From: an uncultured Planctomycetaceae bacterium
GTDB taxonomy: Bacteria; Planctomycetota; Planctomycetia; Pirellulales; PALSA-1355
Reading direction: 5' to 3'
Assembly: GCA_963785305.1 (NCBI GenBank)
Contig: CAWAUV010000009.1
Coordinates: forward strand, 288,001-352,000
DNA length: 64,000 bases
A program made the translations under genes and the position numbers. Position 1 is the first letter of the stretch; the number at the start of each line of letters is the position of its first letter. The notes beneath the pieces were generated by a model. It ran no database searches. It was not told where the DNA came from and worked only from the letters and a program-made list of their open reading frames with translations. Positions 1-10,466 of the stretch are shown here, piece after piece.

Positions 1-588
1 TGCTGCTCGATGCCGCTCGCGATGGCGCTGGGCCTGCTGGTGGCGATTGTTCGGCTTTATGGGCCGGCGCCCTTGCGATGGCTGGCGATCGGTTATGTCG
101 AGCTGCTCCGCGGCACGCCGCTGATGCTGCAACTATTCGTGATTTACTATGCCCCGAGCGAATTCGGCGTGCATATTCCGGCGTGGAACGCGGCGATTCT
201 CGGCTTGGCAGTCAATTACTCGGCTGCCGAAGCCGAGAATTATCGCGCCGGGCTTCAAGCCGTTTCGCGCGGACAAATGGAAGCGGCCCTCGCCCTCGGC
301 ATGTCGCCGGCCATGGCCTTGCGGCGGGTGATCGTGCCGCAGGCCGTGCGAATCGTGATTCCGCCGGTGACGAACGATTTCATCGCGCTCTTCAAGGACA
401 CGTCGGTCTGCTCGGTCATCACGGTGGTCGAGCTCACGAAACAGTATTCGATTCAGATCAACGACACCGGCGCCACGCTCGAGATCGCCGCGCTCACGGC
501 CGCGCTCTATCTGGTGATGAGCGTGCCGCTGGCCCGCGTGGCCCATCTCATGGAACGCCGGCTCGACGGCAACCGGAGGCGGCCATGA
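1..588 (+). CDS. Polar amino acid ABC transporter permease (5'-truncated by window edge)
   Basis: LRGTPLMLQLF, EAA-loop-like GQMEAALALGMS and FIALFKDTSV motifs of HisM/GlnP permeases. Confidence 0.9.
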   Translation, partial: CCSMPLAMALGLLVAIVRLYGPAPLRWLAIGYVELLRGTPLMLQLFVIYYAPSEFGVHIPAWNAAILGLAVNYSAAEAENYRAGLQAVSRGQMEAALALGMSPAMALRRVIVPQAVRIVIPPVTNDFIALFKDTSVCSVITVVELTKQYSIQINDTGATLEIAALTAALYLVMSVPLARVAHLMERRLDGNRRRP

Positions 589-1334
589 TCGCGATTCGGG
601 GTCTTGTCAAGAAATTCGGCGATCACACGGTGCTCGACCAGGTGTCGCTCGATGTCCGCCAGGGCGAAGTGGCGGTGATCGTGGGCGCCTCGGGTAGCGG
701 CAAGAGCACGCTGTTGCGTTCGATCAATGGGCTAGAAACGTTCGACGCCGGCAGCGTGGCCGTGGGCGATCTCGTCATCGATGCCCAGCTTGCCCCGGCC
801 GAACGCAAGCGGCGGCTATCGCTCGTTCGCCGCCGGGCCGGCATGGTGTTTCAGCAGTTCAATCTGTTTCCGCATCGCACCGTGCTGGGCAATGTGATCG
901 AGGGCCCCGTGGTGGTGCTCGGCCAATCTCGCGACGAAGCGACCGCCATCGCCCGCAAGCTGCTCGAACGCGTTGGCCTGCTCACGATGCAAGACCGCCG
1001 GCCCGATACGCTCTCGGGCGGCCAGCAGCAGCGAGTGGCGATTGCCCGGGCCCTGGCGATGAGCCCGCAAGTGATGCTGTTCGACGAGCCGACGAGCGCG
1101 CTCGATCCGCACATGGCGGCGGAAGTGGAATCGGTGATTGCCGACCTAGCCCAAAGCGGACAAACGATGCTGGTGGTGACGCACTCAATGCGCCTCGCCC
1201 GCCGCGGGGCCCACACGCTGCATGTGTTCGGCGAAGGGCGAATTCAAGAATCGGGCGAACCGGAGCGGATTTTCACATCGCCCAACTCGGCGGCCGCGCG
1301 GCGATTCTTGCAAGCGGTCGACTCGCCACGGTAG
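585..1334 (+). CDS. Amino acid ABC transporter ATP-binding protein
   Basis: ATG at 585 overlaps the permease stop; Walker A GASGSGKST, LSGGQQQRVAIARALAM, DEPTSALD. Confidence 0.92.
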   Translation: MIAIRGLVKKFGDHTVLDQVSLDVRQGEVAVIVGASGSGKSTLLRSINGLETFDAGSVAVGDLVIDAQLAPAERKRRLSLVRRRAGMVFQQFNLFPHRTVLGNVIEGPVVVLGQSRDEATAIARKLLERVGLLTMQDRRPDTLSGGQQQRVAIARALAMSPQVMLFDEPTSALDPHMAAEVESVIADLAQSGQTMLVVTHSMRLARRGAHTLHVFGEGRIQESGEPERIFTSPNSAAARRFLQAVDSPR

Positions 1335-1401
1335 TCAGGCGCGGTTCGTGCCGCGGCATTGGGGCCGCGCCATCCGAGCGACTCGCGGCGCCATGCGCGC
1401 G

Positions 1402-2130
1402 TCATTCGGTGAGCGCCAGCAGGGAATAGCCGCCGACGAGTCGGGCGGCCCAGCTGGTGGGCAGCAAACGTCGCACCGGGTTTATCAAGCGAGTGCGGAG
1501 CAGTTTGCCGCATTCGAGGCCGACCGGCGTGTACAGCCAATCGACGACGCGGTGACCGGTGTAGCGCAGCGCGGCCAGCGCGGTCGAGGTGGAGAAGTGG
1601 TGGATGTGCCCCACGACGTAGCCGCGGTCGAGGCCATCGCGCAGCGCGGTTGTGCAGGTGATCTCGAGCGGAATGTGATAGACCTTGTAGCTCGCCTTGT
1701 CGCGAGTCCGACGCAAGAAAGCGAAGCAGTCTTCGACATGCTCGATCACATCCATCACCATTGCCAGGTCATAGCACTCGGGCGATGTAAACGCATCGCC
1801 CAGAATAAATCGCAAGTTCGGGCGCGCGAACCGCTGACTCAGGGCGTGGGCCGCCGGGCTGATCTCGTAGCCGGTGAGGTCGACATCGGCGCCCCAGGCA
1901 TCGCCGAGCGCGGCAAGAATACCCCCGGCGCCGCAGCCGATTTCACATACCCGTCGCGGGGCGAGGTTGTTACGTTCCACGAGCCGGGCCACATGGCGAG
2001 CCTTGAACGGCGAATCCTCCAGGTGCCATGTGCCGGCGGTGCGGCTCAGATATTCGTTTCCGGTGTAAAGCGAAATATCGCCCTGGGCAGCGGAGGTAGC
2101 GGTTGCCATCGGCATGGATACGTCTTTCAT
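1402..2130 (-). CDS. Class I SAM-dependent methyltransferase
   Basis: VCEIGCGAGG SAM motif, DVIEHVED; last gene of the polysaccharide operon; start could be 2130, 2115 or 2109. Confidence 0.8.
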   Translation of the reverse strand: MKDVSMPMATATSAAQGDISLYTGNEYLSRTAGTWHLEDSPFKARHVARLVERNNLAPRRVCEIGCGAGGILAALGDAWGADVDLTGYEISPAAHALSQRFARPNLRFILGDAFTSPECYDLAMVMDVIEHVEDCFAFLRRTRDKASYKVYHIPLEITCTTALRDGLDRGYVVGHIHHFSTSTALAALRYTGHRVVDWLYTPVGLECGKLLRTRLINPVRRLLPTSWAARLVGGYSLLALTE

Positions 2131-3296
2131 GAAAATTGGGGACAATCGGGGCGCCGAGCGAGTCGGCAATAGACTTCTTCGAGCGCGTGCCAATAATCGT
2201 GGGGTTGGAAACAGCGCACGATTCGCCGCCGTCCGGCGGCGCCATGCGCGGCCGCGAGCTCGCGGTCGTTTAGATAGCGATCGATCGCCAGCGCGAGCGC
2301 TTGGGCGTCGCGAGGGGGCACGAGCGTGCCGGTCTCGCCATCGGCGACCGAATCGACGCAGCCGGGAATTCGGGTCGCCACGACGGCAAGCCCCATCGAC
2401 GACGCCTCGGCATTGGCCACGCCAAACCCTTCGCGATGCGAGGGATTGACGAACAGGTCCATCATGGCCAAGTGCGAGGGAACATCGTCGACCATGCCGG
2501 CGCGATGCACGTGCGCGTCGCCGCGCAATCGCTCCAGCACTTCGACCGGCAGCCCATCGGCCGCTTCTTCGGGCCCCACGAGCAGCAGATGCAATTTCGC
2601 ATGGCGCTGGCGCAGCGATCGCCACGCCGTCTCGAGCTCGAGCAAGCCCTTGTCGCGCACCAGGCGGCCCACGAAGCCGAGCACCAATTCATCGGGCTCG
2701 ATGCCATGGCGAGCTCGAACCGATGCGCGCATCTCGGCCGAAAATCGCGCCGGGCAAAAACGCTCCCCGCTATCGACCCCGCCGACGCTGCCGTGGCCGA
2801 GCACGAACACTTTGTCGGCCCGACATAGCCGCGCGGCGATCAGGTGATCGCGCATCGAGGGGCTGTCGCACCAAACCCGATCGGCCAAGGCGCAGCTCAG
2901 GCGCGTGGTCGCATTGAGCACCGCTCCGATCGGCCCGCGGCGCGTCATCTGCGGCAGTCCGAAGACCGACAGCGCCACCGCCGGCACTCCCATCAGCCGC
3001 GCGGCGAGCGTGCCCAAGAGGCCGGCTTTCGGGGTGTGACAATGCACGATGTCGGGCCGAATTGCATCGAGCGCTTCGCAAAGCCGCGCGAGTGACACGA
3101 GATCGGCCAATGGTCGCATTTGCCGCGCCATCGCCACGCCGTGCGCGGGAATCCGTTCCTCGGCCGCGAACCGATCGAGCATCTCTCCGGGCGACGAGAC
3201 CACATGCAGCGAATACCCGCGCTCGCGGAGATGCGCGCAGTGGGCTCGCAGAAAGATCAATGTTTGCGGAACGGTAGTGATTTGCGTGATGCGCAT
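2127..3296 (-). CDS. Glycosyltransferase family 4 (PglA/CapM-like)
   Basis: HCHTPKAGLLG, FVGRLVRDKG, PSHREGFGVANAEASSMG. Confidence 0.88.
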   Translation of the reverse strand: MRITQITTVPQTLIFLRAHCAHLRERGYSLHVVSSPGEMLDRFAAEERIPAHGVAMARQMRPLADLVSLARLCEALDAIRPDIVHCHTPKAGLLGTLAARLMGVPAVALSVFGLPQMTRRGPIGAVLNATTRLSCALADRVWCDSPSMRDHLIAARLCRADKVFVLGHGSVGGVDSGERFCPARFSAEMRASVRARHGIEPDELVLGFVGRLVRDKGLLELETAWRSLRQRHAKLHLLLVGPEEAADGLPVEVLERLRGDAHVHRAGMVDDVPSHLAMMDLFVNPSHREGFGVANAEASSMGLAVVATRIPGCVDSVADGETGTLVPPRDAQALALAIDRYLNDRELAAAHGAAGRRRIVRCFQPHDYWHALEEVYCRLARRPDCPQFS

Positions 3297-3907
3297 CGAG
3301 AGGTCATTCCAAGGGGATCGTCTGGCCGGCGAGTCGCCGTGGGCAGGCATTCGTCGGTGGCCCGCACACCCCGCCGGCCAAACACCGTGGCCACCGTGGC
3401 CGCGAGAATCTTGAGATCGAGCCCGAGGGACGCATGATCGACATACCAAACATCGAGCGCCAGTTTGTCGTTCCAAGCCAGGTCATTGCGGCCGTTGATC
3501 TGCGCCCAGCCGGTGATGCCCGGCCGCATTTCATGGCGGCGGCGCTGCTCGGGCGTGTAATGTTCGAGATAGGCCATGAGCAGCGGCCTGGGGCCGACGA
3601 GACTCATTTCTCCTCGAAGCACATTCACCAGTTCCGGAAGTTCGTCGAGGCTCGTCTTGCGCAAGAAGGCGCCGAGCCGGCTGGTGCGCCGCTCGTCGTC
3701 CACGAGATCGCCGAGGGCATCGCGTTCGCCGCGCATCGTGCGAAATTTAAGCAGCGTGAATGGGCGATCGAATCGACCCGGTCGTCGATGGCGAAAAAGC
3801 ACCGGGCCACCGAGCGTGGCGCGAACAGCCACGGCGACCGCCAGAATCAGCGGACTGAGTGCCGCAAGCGCAACGGCGCTGACCACGACATCGAACAATC
3901 GTTTCAT
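3257..3907 (-). CDS. Initiating phosphoglycosyl (sugar) transferase, PglC/EpsL-like
   Basis: MKRLFDVV, KFRTM, LRKTSLDELPEL, GEMSLVGPRP, RPGITGWAQINGRN. Confidence 0.92.
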   Translation of the reverse strand: MKRLFDVVVSAVALAALSPLILAVAVAVRATLGGPVLFRHRRPGRFDRPFTLLKFRTMRGERDALGDLVDDERRTSRLGAFLRKTSLDELPELVNVLRGEMSLVGPRPLLMAYLEHYTPEQRRRHEMRPGITGWAQINGRNDLAWNDKLALDVWYVDHASLGLDLKILAATVATVFGRRGVRATDECLPTATRRPDDPLGMTSRCASRKSLPFRKH

Positions 3908-4918
3908 GGGACGATCCGGGGTTGATTTTGCATTTCGCGCCAGCGGGCGACCATTTGCTCAAGGCCTTCTTCCATCGACACTCGATGTTCGTAACCGAGG
4001 CCCGACACGATTGCGTCGCAGGCATAGCGAGCGCGTTGGGTCAGCGCCGCGACGCGGGCCTCGGTCAGCGGCAAACACGGCCACGACCTCGCGGCTCGCG
4101 CCGCGAGACGCATCGGCACGGCGGGCGCCCGCAGTCGGGGCGAAGGCCGGCCAAGCGCGTGGGCGATGGCGCCGACAAACACTTCGACGGGCCGATAGTC
4201 CGAGAGATTGAACACTTGCCCGCGGGCCTTCGGATCGGCGCCCGAGCGGAACAAAGCCTCGACCACATTGTCGACGAATATGTAATTGGCCGATGCTCCC
4301 GGCGGCCCGATAAACACGAACCAGCCGCGAGCGATGAGCGAAATCCAGGCGAATAGCGAACGATTCGGCATCGTGGGGCCGAACACGATCGTCGGCCTCA
4401 GGATCGTGTGTTCGAACTCGCCGCGCGCGGCGGCTTCGGCCACGAGCGTGTCGGACTCGAGCTTCGTTCGTTCGTAGACGTTCCGAGGTTCGCAGGGCGT
4501 GGTTTCGGTCACGATGCCGGCGCTGGGCTGGCCGTAAACCCCGGCGCTGACCGAGCTGCATCCAGCGGCCGATGTGGCCCGAGGCCGCCGCGACGAGGCG
4601 TCGCGTGCCTTCGACATGCACGGCGGTCATGCGCTCGGGATGTCGCAATTCTCCAGCGCAATGGTAGAGGATATCGGCGCCTTTGGCGAATCGCGAGAGC
4701 GTCGCGACGTCGCCCAGCAGATCGCCTTGCGTGACTTCGACATGACCCGCTCGCGCCGCTCGATCGTGGCCCGGAGCGATTGTCGCCGAGAGAGGCGACG
4801 GCGCGAAATCGAAGGTTGCGCGGCGCGTGAGCACGCGCGCCGTGTCGCCTTGAGCGAGATGGCGCGCCATGAGTCGGCGGCCGATAAAACCGGTCGCTCC
4901 GGTGATGGCGACGATCAT
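3904..4918 (-). CDS. NAD-dependent epimerase/dehydratase (frameshifted near 4550)
   Basis: ITGATGFIG in one frame, YERTK (YxxxK) and LRPTIVFG in the next. Confidence 0.8.
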
Positions 4919-6188
4919 GGCGACGCTCCCTCGGCCGCGCGCGATGTTAAAGCCGACGGGCCATTCGCATCGTGTCGCGCGACCTCTGGTCGAGGAGCCG
5001 GTTGCTGGAGCGCGCGACGCCAAACACGCACGCTTTCGACCAGGAATTCGAGGAACGCACGCCGCCGCTCGCTCAAGAGCTCCTCTCGATAGGCGTGGGC
5101 TTTCTCGAAATTGCGCTCCGCCATTTCGCGGCGCCCCCGAGGGTCGAGCACCACCCGGCGAATCGCGGCGGCTAGCGCGGCGCTGTTGTCGGGCGGAGTC
5201 ATGTCGTCGTCCGCGAGTAGTTCCGGAATGCCACCCACGCGCGAGGCCAAGCAAGGCAACCCTCGGGCCATGGCTTCGACCAGCGCTCGGGGCAGCCCTT
5301 CGGTTCGCGAGGGCAACACAAAGAGATCGGCGGCGTCGAGCCGTTCGCGCACTGCGGCGCCCGAGGGCAGTTGTCCGAGAAACTCGACACGATCGGCCAC
5401 GCCGGCGCGAAGCGATTGCGCTTCGAGTCGTGGTCGATAGCGTCCATCGCCGACGAGGGTCAATCGCACTCGAGGCCGAAGATCACGGAGCAGCGCCAGG
5501 GCATCGATCAAGGTGTCGAAGCCTTTGTAGAGCTGCGACATCGCCCCGACGCTCGCGACGACAAACTCCGCCCGCTCCGCGCCGCTGGCGACCGGCGGCG
5601 GGCGAAACGCCTCGGGCCGCAGGTCCACATCGGACACTCCGAACATGGCGGCGGGACAGGGGTAGGTCGCCTGAAGTTGCGATTGGGTCACATAGAGCGC
5701 GGCCGCGGCGCGGCGCATTGGGCTCGCAGTCGCGCCACGCTCCAGGAGCGCAACAGCGGACGAAGCGGATGGCGAACAATGCCCGGCGCGAAGATTTGAT
5801 GCGGATCGCCCAGCGTCTGCACTCCATAGGGTCGGCCGGGCGCGAGCGCCGATTCCAAGCAACAGGCAATGCGGCCGGGCGCGTTGAGAATCACGGCGTC
5901 GGCGGGCGCGAGCGCTCGGCGAACGGTGCGTGCGCCACATGACCGCGGCGCGATAAATATTGCCATGGACCGGAATAAAACGGAGTGCGCGAGAATGTCA
6001 CATCGGGCCCATCGGCGCAGCGAACGCTCGGGCGGCGCGGGGACCTCCCCCACGCGGGCAATAACATTGACGTGTGCAAACGCCGCGAGGTAGCGGGTCC
6101 AATGGGCATGGTGGCAGGGGCCATCGGTCCAGATTGCGCCGTCGGGCGTGGCGCGAAAACGATATTCCGACGAAATCGACACTCTCAC
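4915..6188 (-). CDS. Glycosyltransferase family 4 (several frameshifts)
   Basis: LYKGFDTLI and FVLPSRTEGLPRALVEAMARG in the C-terminal frame; N-terminus spread over other frames. Confidence 0.8.
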
Positions 6189-6200
6189 TCGCGAGCCTCC

Positions 6201-7784
6201 TCAGTCTTCCGACGCGGACCTGTTTGCCAGCTCGAGCGCGCTCCAAACGCGCCGCGAACCGAGGGCGACGATCGCCGCCGGCACGAAGCCCTCTTTAACC
6301 ACGTAAAACACCAACACGTCGCTATCCCACAGCAGCGCCATGAAGGGCAAACTGTAGAGAAGCGGCAGCACGAGAGATCGGCTATCCCCCGGCGCCAAGC
6401 CCAGATACCAACGGCGCGCTACCGCCGCGCCAAATCCCACCAGGGCAAACGACGCCACGGCCCCCAGCACGCCGAAATTCAAGATCGCTTCGCCCGCCAG
6501 CGCGTAAGCAAATGTGCTCGGCATGTCGTTTTCGAACACGCCGGGGCCGAAGAGCAGATCGGTGCCGGGCTTCACTTTGGTCGCCGGCCGGTCGGTCAAG
6601 ACGCCGCGCGGAACGAGCTGGGCCACGGCGCCGAGATAGGTTTCGCCCAGCGCGTAGTCATATGGGGCGATCGAGCTGTCGAGCGAGAGGCGATAGAGCA
6701 TGAAAGCTTGCACATCGCTTCGCGCGAGGTCGCCCAAGAGCACGGCGTCGACGCCGCGCGGGGCGTGGTCCATCAGGTCGGCCCGCGCCGCGGCGCCATC
6801 GAGAGCCTCGAGCGCGTCGACGCCGAAGCTTTTGTAGAATCCATAGGCGTACATGAACACGAGCAAGAACGCGGCGCCCACGGCGAGCAACTGCTTCGAC
6901 ATCGGGCGGCAGCGCTGGTGGAGCACGACCCCCGCCCAAAACAGGCCATAGATCAAGTGCCCTCGGCTGCCGCGCATGCCGCCAAACGCAAACTTGAGCG
7001 CCACGAACCCAGCCAAGATTCCCAACATCACTGGAAGCGTTCTCCGGCGCGGCGCCCGTTCGACCCAGGCCACGGCCGCGAGGAGCGCGACAATGGGCGC
7101 CGACTCGGAGAACATAAAGGTCAGCCCCATGCCGGTGAACTGCTCGGAGCCTTCGCCAAACGCTTCGATATATCCGCCGATGCCGCCGAATTTCGCATAA
7201 GCGAGCGTTTGCAGCACCGTGGCGCCGGCGAGCGAAAGCGCGGCTAGCGGCCAAAAACGCGCGGGCTCTAGCCGCCAATAGCTCTTGGGCCTCATTGGCG
7301 CCGCGAAGCGATCGACCAGTTCGCGCGACACTCGATATGCCAGGAGCCCTAAGAAGTCGACCGCGGCCATGGCCCCCAGCCAGGGGCGCCAATCCTCGGG
7401 CGGCGTGATATACGGCAACCAATAATCGCTCGCCACATGCAGCAGCGGCGCGGCGACGAACAGGTGCGGCCCCAGGATCGCGATGATTGCATAAGGGTCG
7501 AACAGATCGCATTCGCCCCGCATCCAACGGGCCACATCGTCGACCAGCAGCAAGCCGCAAGCCAAAACCGGCGCGACGAACCAGTGGTCGAAGCGAGCGT
7601 CGAGCGCCGCCGTGGCGAGCGCCCCGGCTGCCAGAAGCAGCGACGAAAACGCCATGAGACCGGCCTTGCCGCCGCCAGGGATCCAACGCCAGCGAGATTG
7701 AGATGAAATCGCGGCGCAAGCATCGGCGCCCGCGCTTGGGGGCGCGAACAAGTCGTGTGAGTTGGATTCCGCGGCGCGAAACAT
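6201..7784 (-). CDS. Polytopic membrane protein, probable Wzy polymerase
   Basis: ~10 hydrophobic segments, GSRG motif, large periplasmic loop, GEAILNFG; located next to the flippase. Confidence 0.6.
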   Translation of the reverse strand: MFRAAESNSHDLFAPPSAGADACAAISSQSRWRWIPGGGKAGLMAFSSLLLAAGALATAALDARFDHWFVAPVLACGLLLVDDVARWMRGECDLFDPYAIIAILGPHLFVAAPLLHVASDYWLPYITPPEDWRPWLGAMAAVDFLGLLAYRVSRELVDRFAAPMRPKSYWRLEPARFWPLAALSLAGATVLQTLAYAKFGGIGGYIEAFGEGSEQFTGMGLTFMFSESAPIVALLAAVAWVERAPRRRTLPVMLGILAGFVALKFAFGGMRGSRGHLIYGLFWAGVVLHQRCRPMSKQLLAVGAAFLLVFMYAYGFYKSFGVDALEALDGAAARADLMDHAPRGVDAVLLGDLARSDVQAFMLYRLSLDSSIAPYDYALGETYLGAVAQLVPRGVLTDRPATKVKPGTDLLFGPGVFENDMPSTFAYALAGEAILNFGVLGAVASFALVGFGAAVARRWYLGLAPGDSRSLVLPLLYSLPFMALLWDSDVLVFYVVKEGFVPAAIVALGSRRVWSALELANRSASED

Positions 7785-7814
7785 GATGATGGTCAGTGGC
7801 CTCGGGAGCTTGAG

Positions 7815-9140
7815 TTAGGCAAAGGTCGATTCGTGGACCGGCGAAATCTTTTCGAGCGTGGGGAGGCAATCCGCCGCGGCGAGATCGCGGAGCATCCGGC
7901 AAACGATCCAAAGCCTCGCGGCCATTTGCCCCGCCGCGGCTAGGCATGTGATCCAGGCCGCGGCGATTCCGCCCGAGTTCGGCAAAAACACGATGCAAGC
8001 AACGGCCATGAGCGCGCCGGCCGCCAGATTCAGCGGAATCTGATCGCGAAAGCGCCGCGCGGGCATATAGCGCATGATCGAGAAAACAGATCAGCGCCGC
8101 GAACGCGGCCGCCGCGACCAGCAAGACAAACTCGCCCAAGTGGGCGCCATATTCGGCCCCATACAGCAGCGAGAGCGCGGGCGACCCGACCGCCGCGCTG
8201 ATCGCCACGCCGACAATGCCGGCCGCGGCGCCTAGGCCGAACATTCGCCACAACAAGCGCTGAAAATCGGCGCCGCGGCCGGTGGCATGGTAGCGTGCTA
8301 GCCGCGGCAGCGCGGCATGCGCCAGCGCTCCCGCGCCCACCGCCCCGGCCAGCGTCACCCAGCTCAAAGCGGCGAAGATCCCCAACTCGCCCGGCCCGCG
8401 GAAAAGCTCCAAGAAGTAGCGGCAAATGTTCGCGTTGAGCGCTCCGCTCATGACCGTCAGCCCCAGGGGCCACGTGAGCGACAACAGTTCGCGCAGAATT
8501 TGCCGCGTCCAACAAGGCCGAAACCACGCGAGAATCGCTCGCGGCTCGGAGAGCGAGGCGCCCGCGCCAGCCGCGCTCCCACCGGCAGGTCGTAAAGCGC
8601 CACGATCGTCGCCATTGCCGCGGCCCATGCCCAGGCGGCCGCGGTTAAATCGTGCGTGAGGTCGAACACGACCGCCAAGGCGAGCAGCCCGAGCGTGCCC
8701 TTGAGCAGTTGCGATTTACCGACGCTGTCCATCCGCTCTTCGCGCTGCATCGTCCCTTGGATCAAATCGCCCAGCGATTCGGCAAGCTTCGTCGCGCCCA
8801 CGGCCAGAATCACGCCGCGACCCGAAGGTTCGCAACACATGGCGACCACGAATATTGCAAGCCCCGCCGCGGCGAGCCCGAGCAATCGAAACGCGAGAAA
8901 GCTTCCAAACCCGATCGCGTCGCCGGTCCGCGAAGCTTGCACCGTGCGAAGCGCGCAGTTGGCCAGCAACACGATCGGAGCCGTGATCGCAACGGCCAAG
9001 GCAAAGCGGCCGACGACCATCGCGTCGCCCCAGCGAGCAAACACGATGATCATTCCCATCTGGCACGCGCTGTACACGATCGTGCTCGACAGCGACCAGA
9101 CGAATCCACGGACCAGGTTCGGCGCCGGCCGCTGAATCAC
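7815..9140 (-). CDS. Wzx-type oligosaccharide flippase (frameshifted)
   Basis: Polysacc_synt-like hydrophobic pattern split over three frames (8457..9272, 6658..8628, 7815..8075). Confidence 0.72.
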
Positions 9141-10375
9141 GGTGCTGCTCCCGCAACGTCGTGGTCGCGCCGCGGCGCCGCTTGATTGCTTTCCGGCAAG
9201 GAACGAATGCGCTCGGCATGTTGGTGAATTCGATCGACAGCTTCGCAGATTCGCGAGATCGTTTCGTCGCACAAATGGGTCCCCATGGGCAGGCTGAGGC
9301 TGCCGGCGGCAAGTCGCGTCGTTGCGGCCAGCGCCGCGGAATCGTAAGCATAGTGGCGATAGGCGGTTTGCTGATGCACGGCTGGCGCATAGTATTTGCG
9401 AGTATCGATCCCCTCGGCCGCGAGCGCCCTGGCCAATAGATCGCGGCTTATGCCAAACGCCGCTTCGTCGATCACAATCGAAAAATCCTTGTAGGAACAG
9501 CGGTCGCCCGGCCGCACCGTTTGCAATTCAATTCCCGGCAGTCGCTCAAGCCGCTGGCGATAAAGCTCCGCGATGGCGTTGCGCCGCTGGGCGACGCCCT
9601 CGAGCAGCGGAAGACCATGGAGTCCGAGCAGCGCGCTCAACTCGGGCATGCGCGCATTGATGCCCACGAGCACGCTGTCGTACGAGCCGTCGTTGCCATA
9701 CTCGCGCCAGCCGCACATAATTGGCCGTTTGGTCGTTGTTCGTCGCCACGATTCCGCCTTCGCCCGCCACGAGCAGCTTCGTCGGACTGAGGCTAAAGAC
9801 ATGGGCGTCGGCCGCCGCGCCGACCGGTCGTCGGGCATGGCAAGCGCCAAAGCCATGGGCCGCGTCGAAGACGAGCGCCAAACCGCGGCGAGCGGCGATC
9901 GCTTCGAGCGCGGCGATATCGGCCGGGTTGCCGAAGGTATGCACGCCGACGATCGCGGTGGTGCGCGGAGTGATCGCCTGTTCGACGGCGGCCGGATCGA
10001 GCGTCGCCGAGCCGGCATCGACATCGGCGAACACCGGTCGAGCGCGGCCCAAACCAGGGCGCTCACCGTGGCCATGAAGGTGAAACTCGGCGCGATGACC
10101 TCGCCTTCGAGCCCCAAGGCCCGATAGGCGAGCATGAGACCGGTCGTGCAACTCGACACCGCGACCGCGTGTCGCACTTGCAAATGCTCGGCCACCGCGC
10201 TTTCGAATTGCTGCAAGCATTCGCCCTTGGTCACCATGCCGCTGGCGAGCATTCGTCGGGCGCCGGGCTCGATCGCGGCGAATTCCGGCAAGGCCGGCCG
10301 CACGAACGGAATTCGTTGGGACACCAGGGCATCGCCGCCCAACACGACCGGACAATTCGTGGCGTTGGCTTTCAA
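9137..10375 (-). CDS. DegT/DnrJ/EryC1/StrS aminotransferase (frameshifted)
   Basis: AVSSCTTGL, PSFTFMAT, FDAAHGFG, FSLSPTK (PLP lysine); AGGAG then TTG start. Confidence 0.88.
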   Translation of the reverse strand: MKANATNCPVVLGGDALVSQRIPFVRPALPEFAAIEPGARRMLASGMVTKGECLQQFESAVAEHLQVRHAVAVSSCTTGLMLAYRALGLEGEVIAPSFTFMATVSALVWAALDRCSPMSMPARRRSIRPPSNRRSLRAPPRSSACIPSATRPISPRSKRSPLAAVWRSSSTRPMALALAMPDDRSARRPTPMSLASVRRSCSWRAKAESWRRTTTKRPIMCGWREYGNDGSYDSVLVGINARMPELSALLGLHGLPLLEGVAQRRNAIAELYRQRLERLPGIELQTVRPGDRCSYKDFSIVIDEAAFGISRDLLARALAAEGIDTRKYYAPAVHQQTAYRHYAYDSAALAATTRLAAGSLSLPMGTHLCDETISRICEAVDRIHQHAERIRSLPESNQAAPRRDHDVAGAAP

Positions 10376-10466
10376 CTTTGGAGACTCCTCGGAATAACAT
10401 TCGAACAAAACATGTTGGCGTGAAATCGCGGTCCGCGCAAGGAAGACTCAAGGCGTTCGCGCTTGA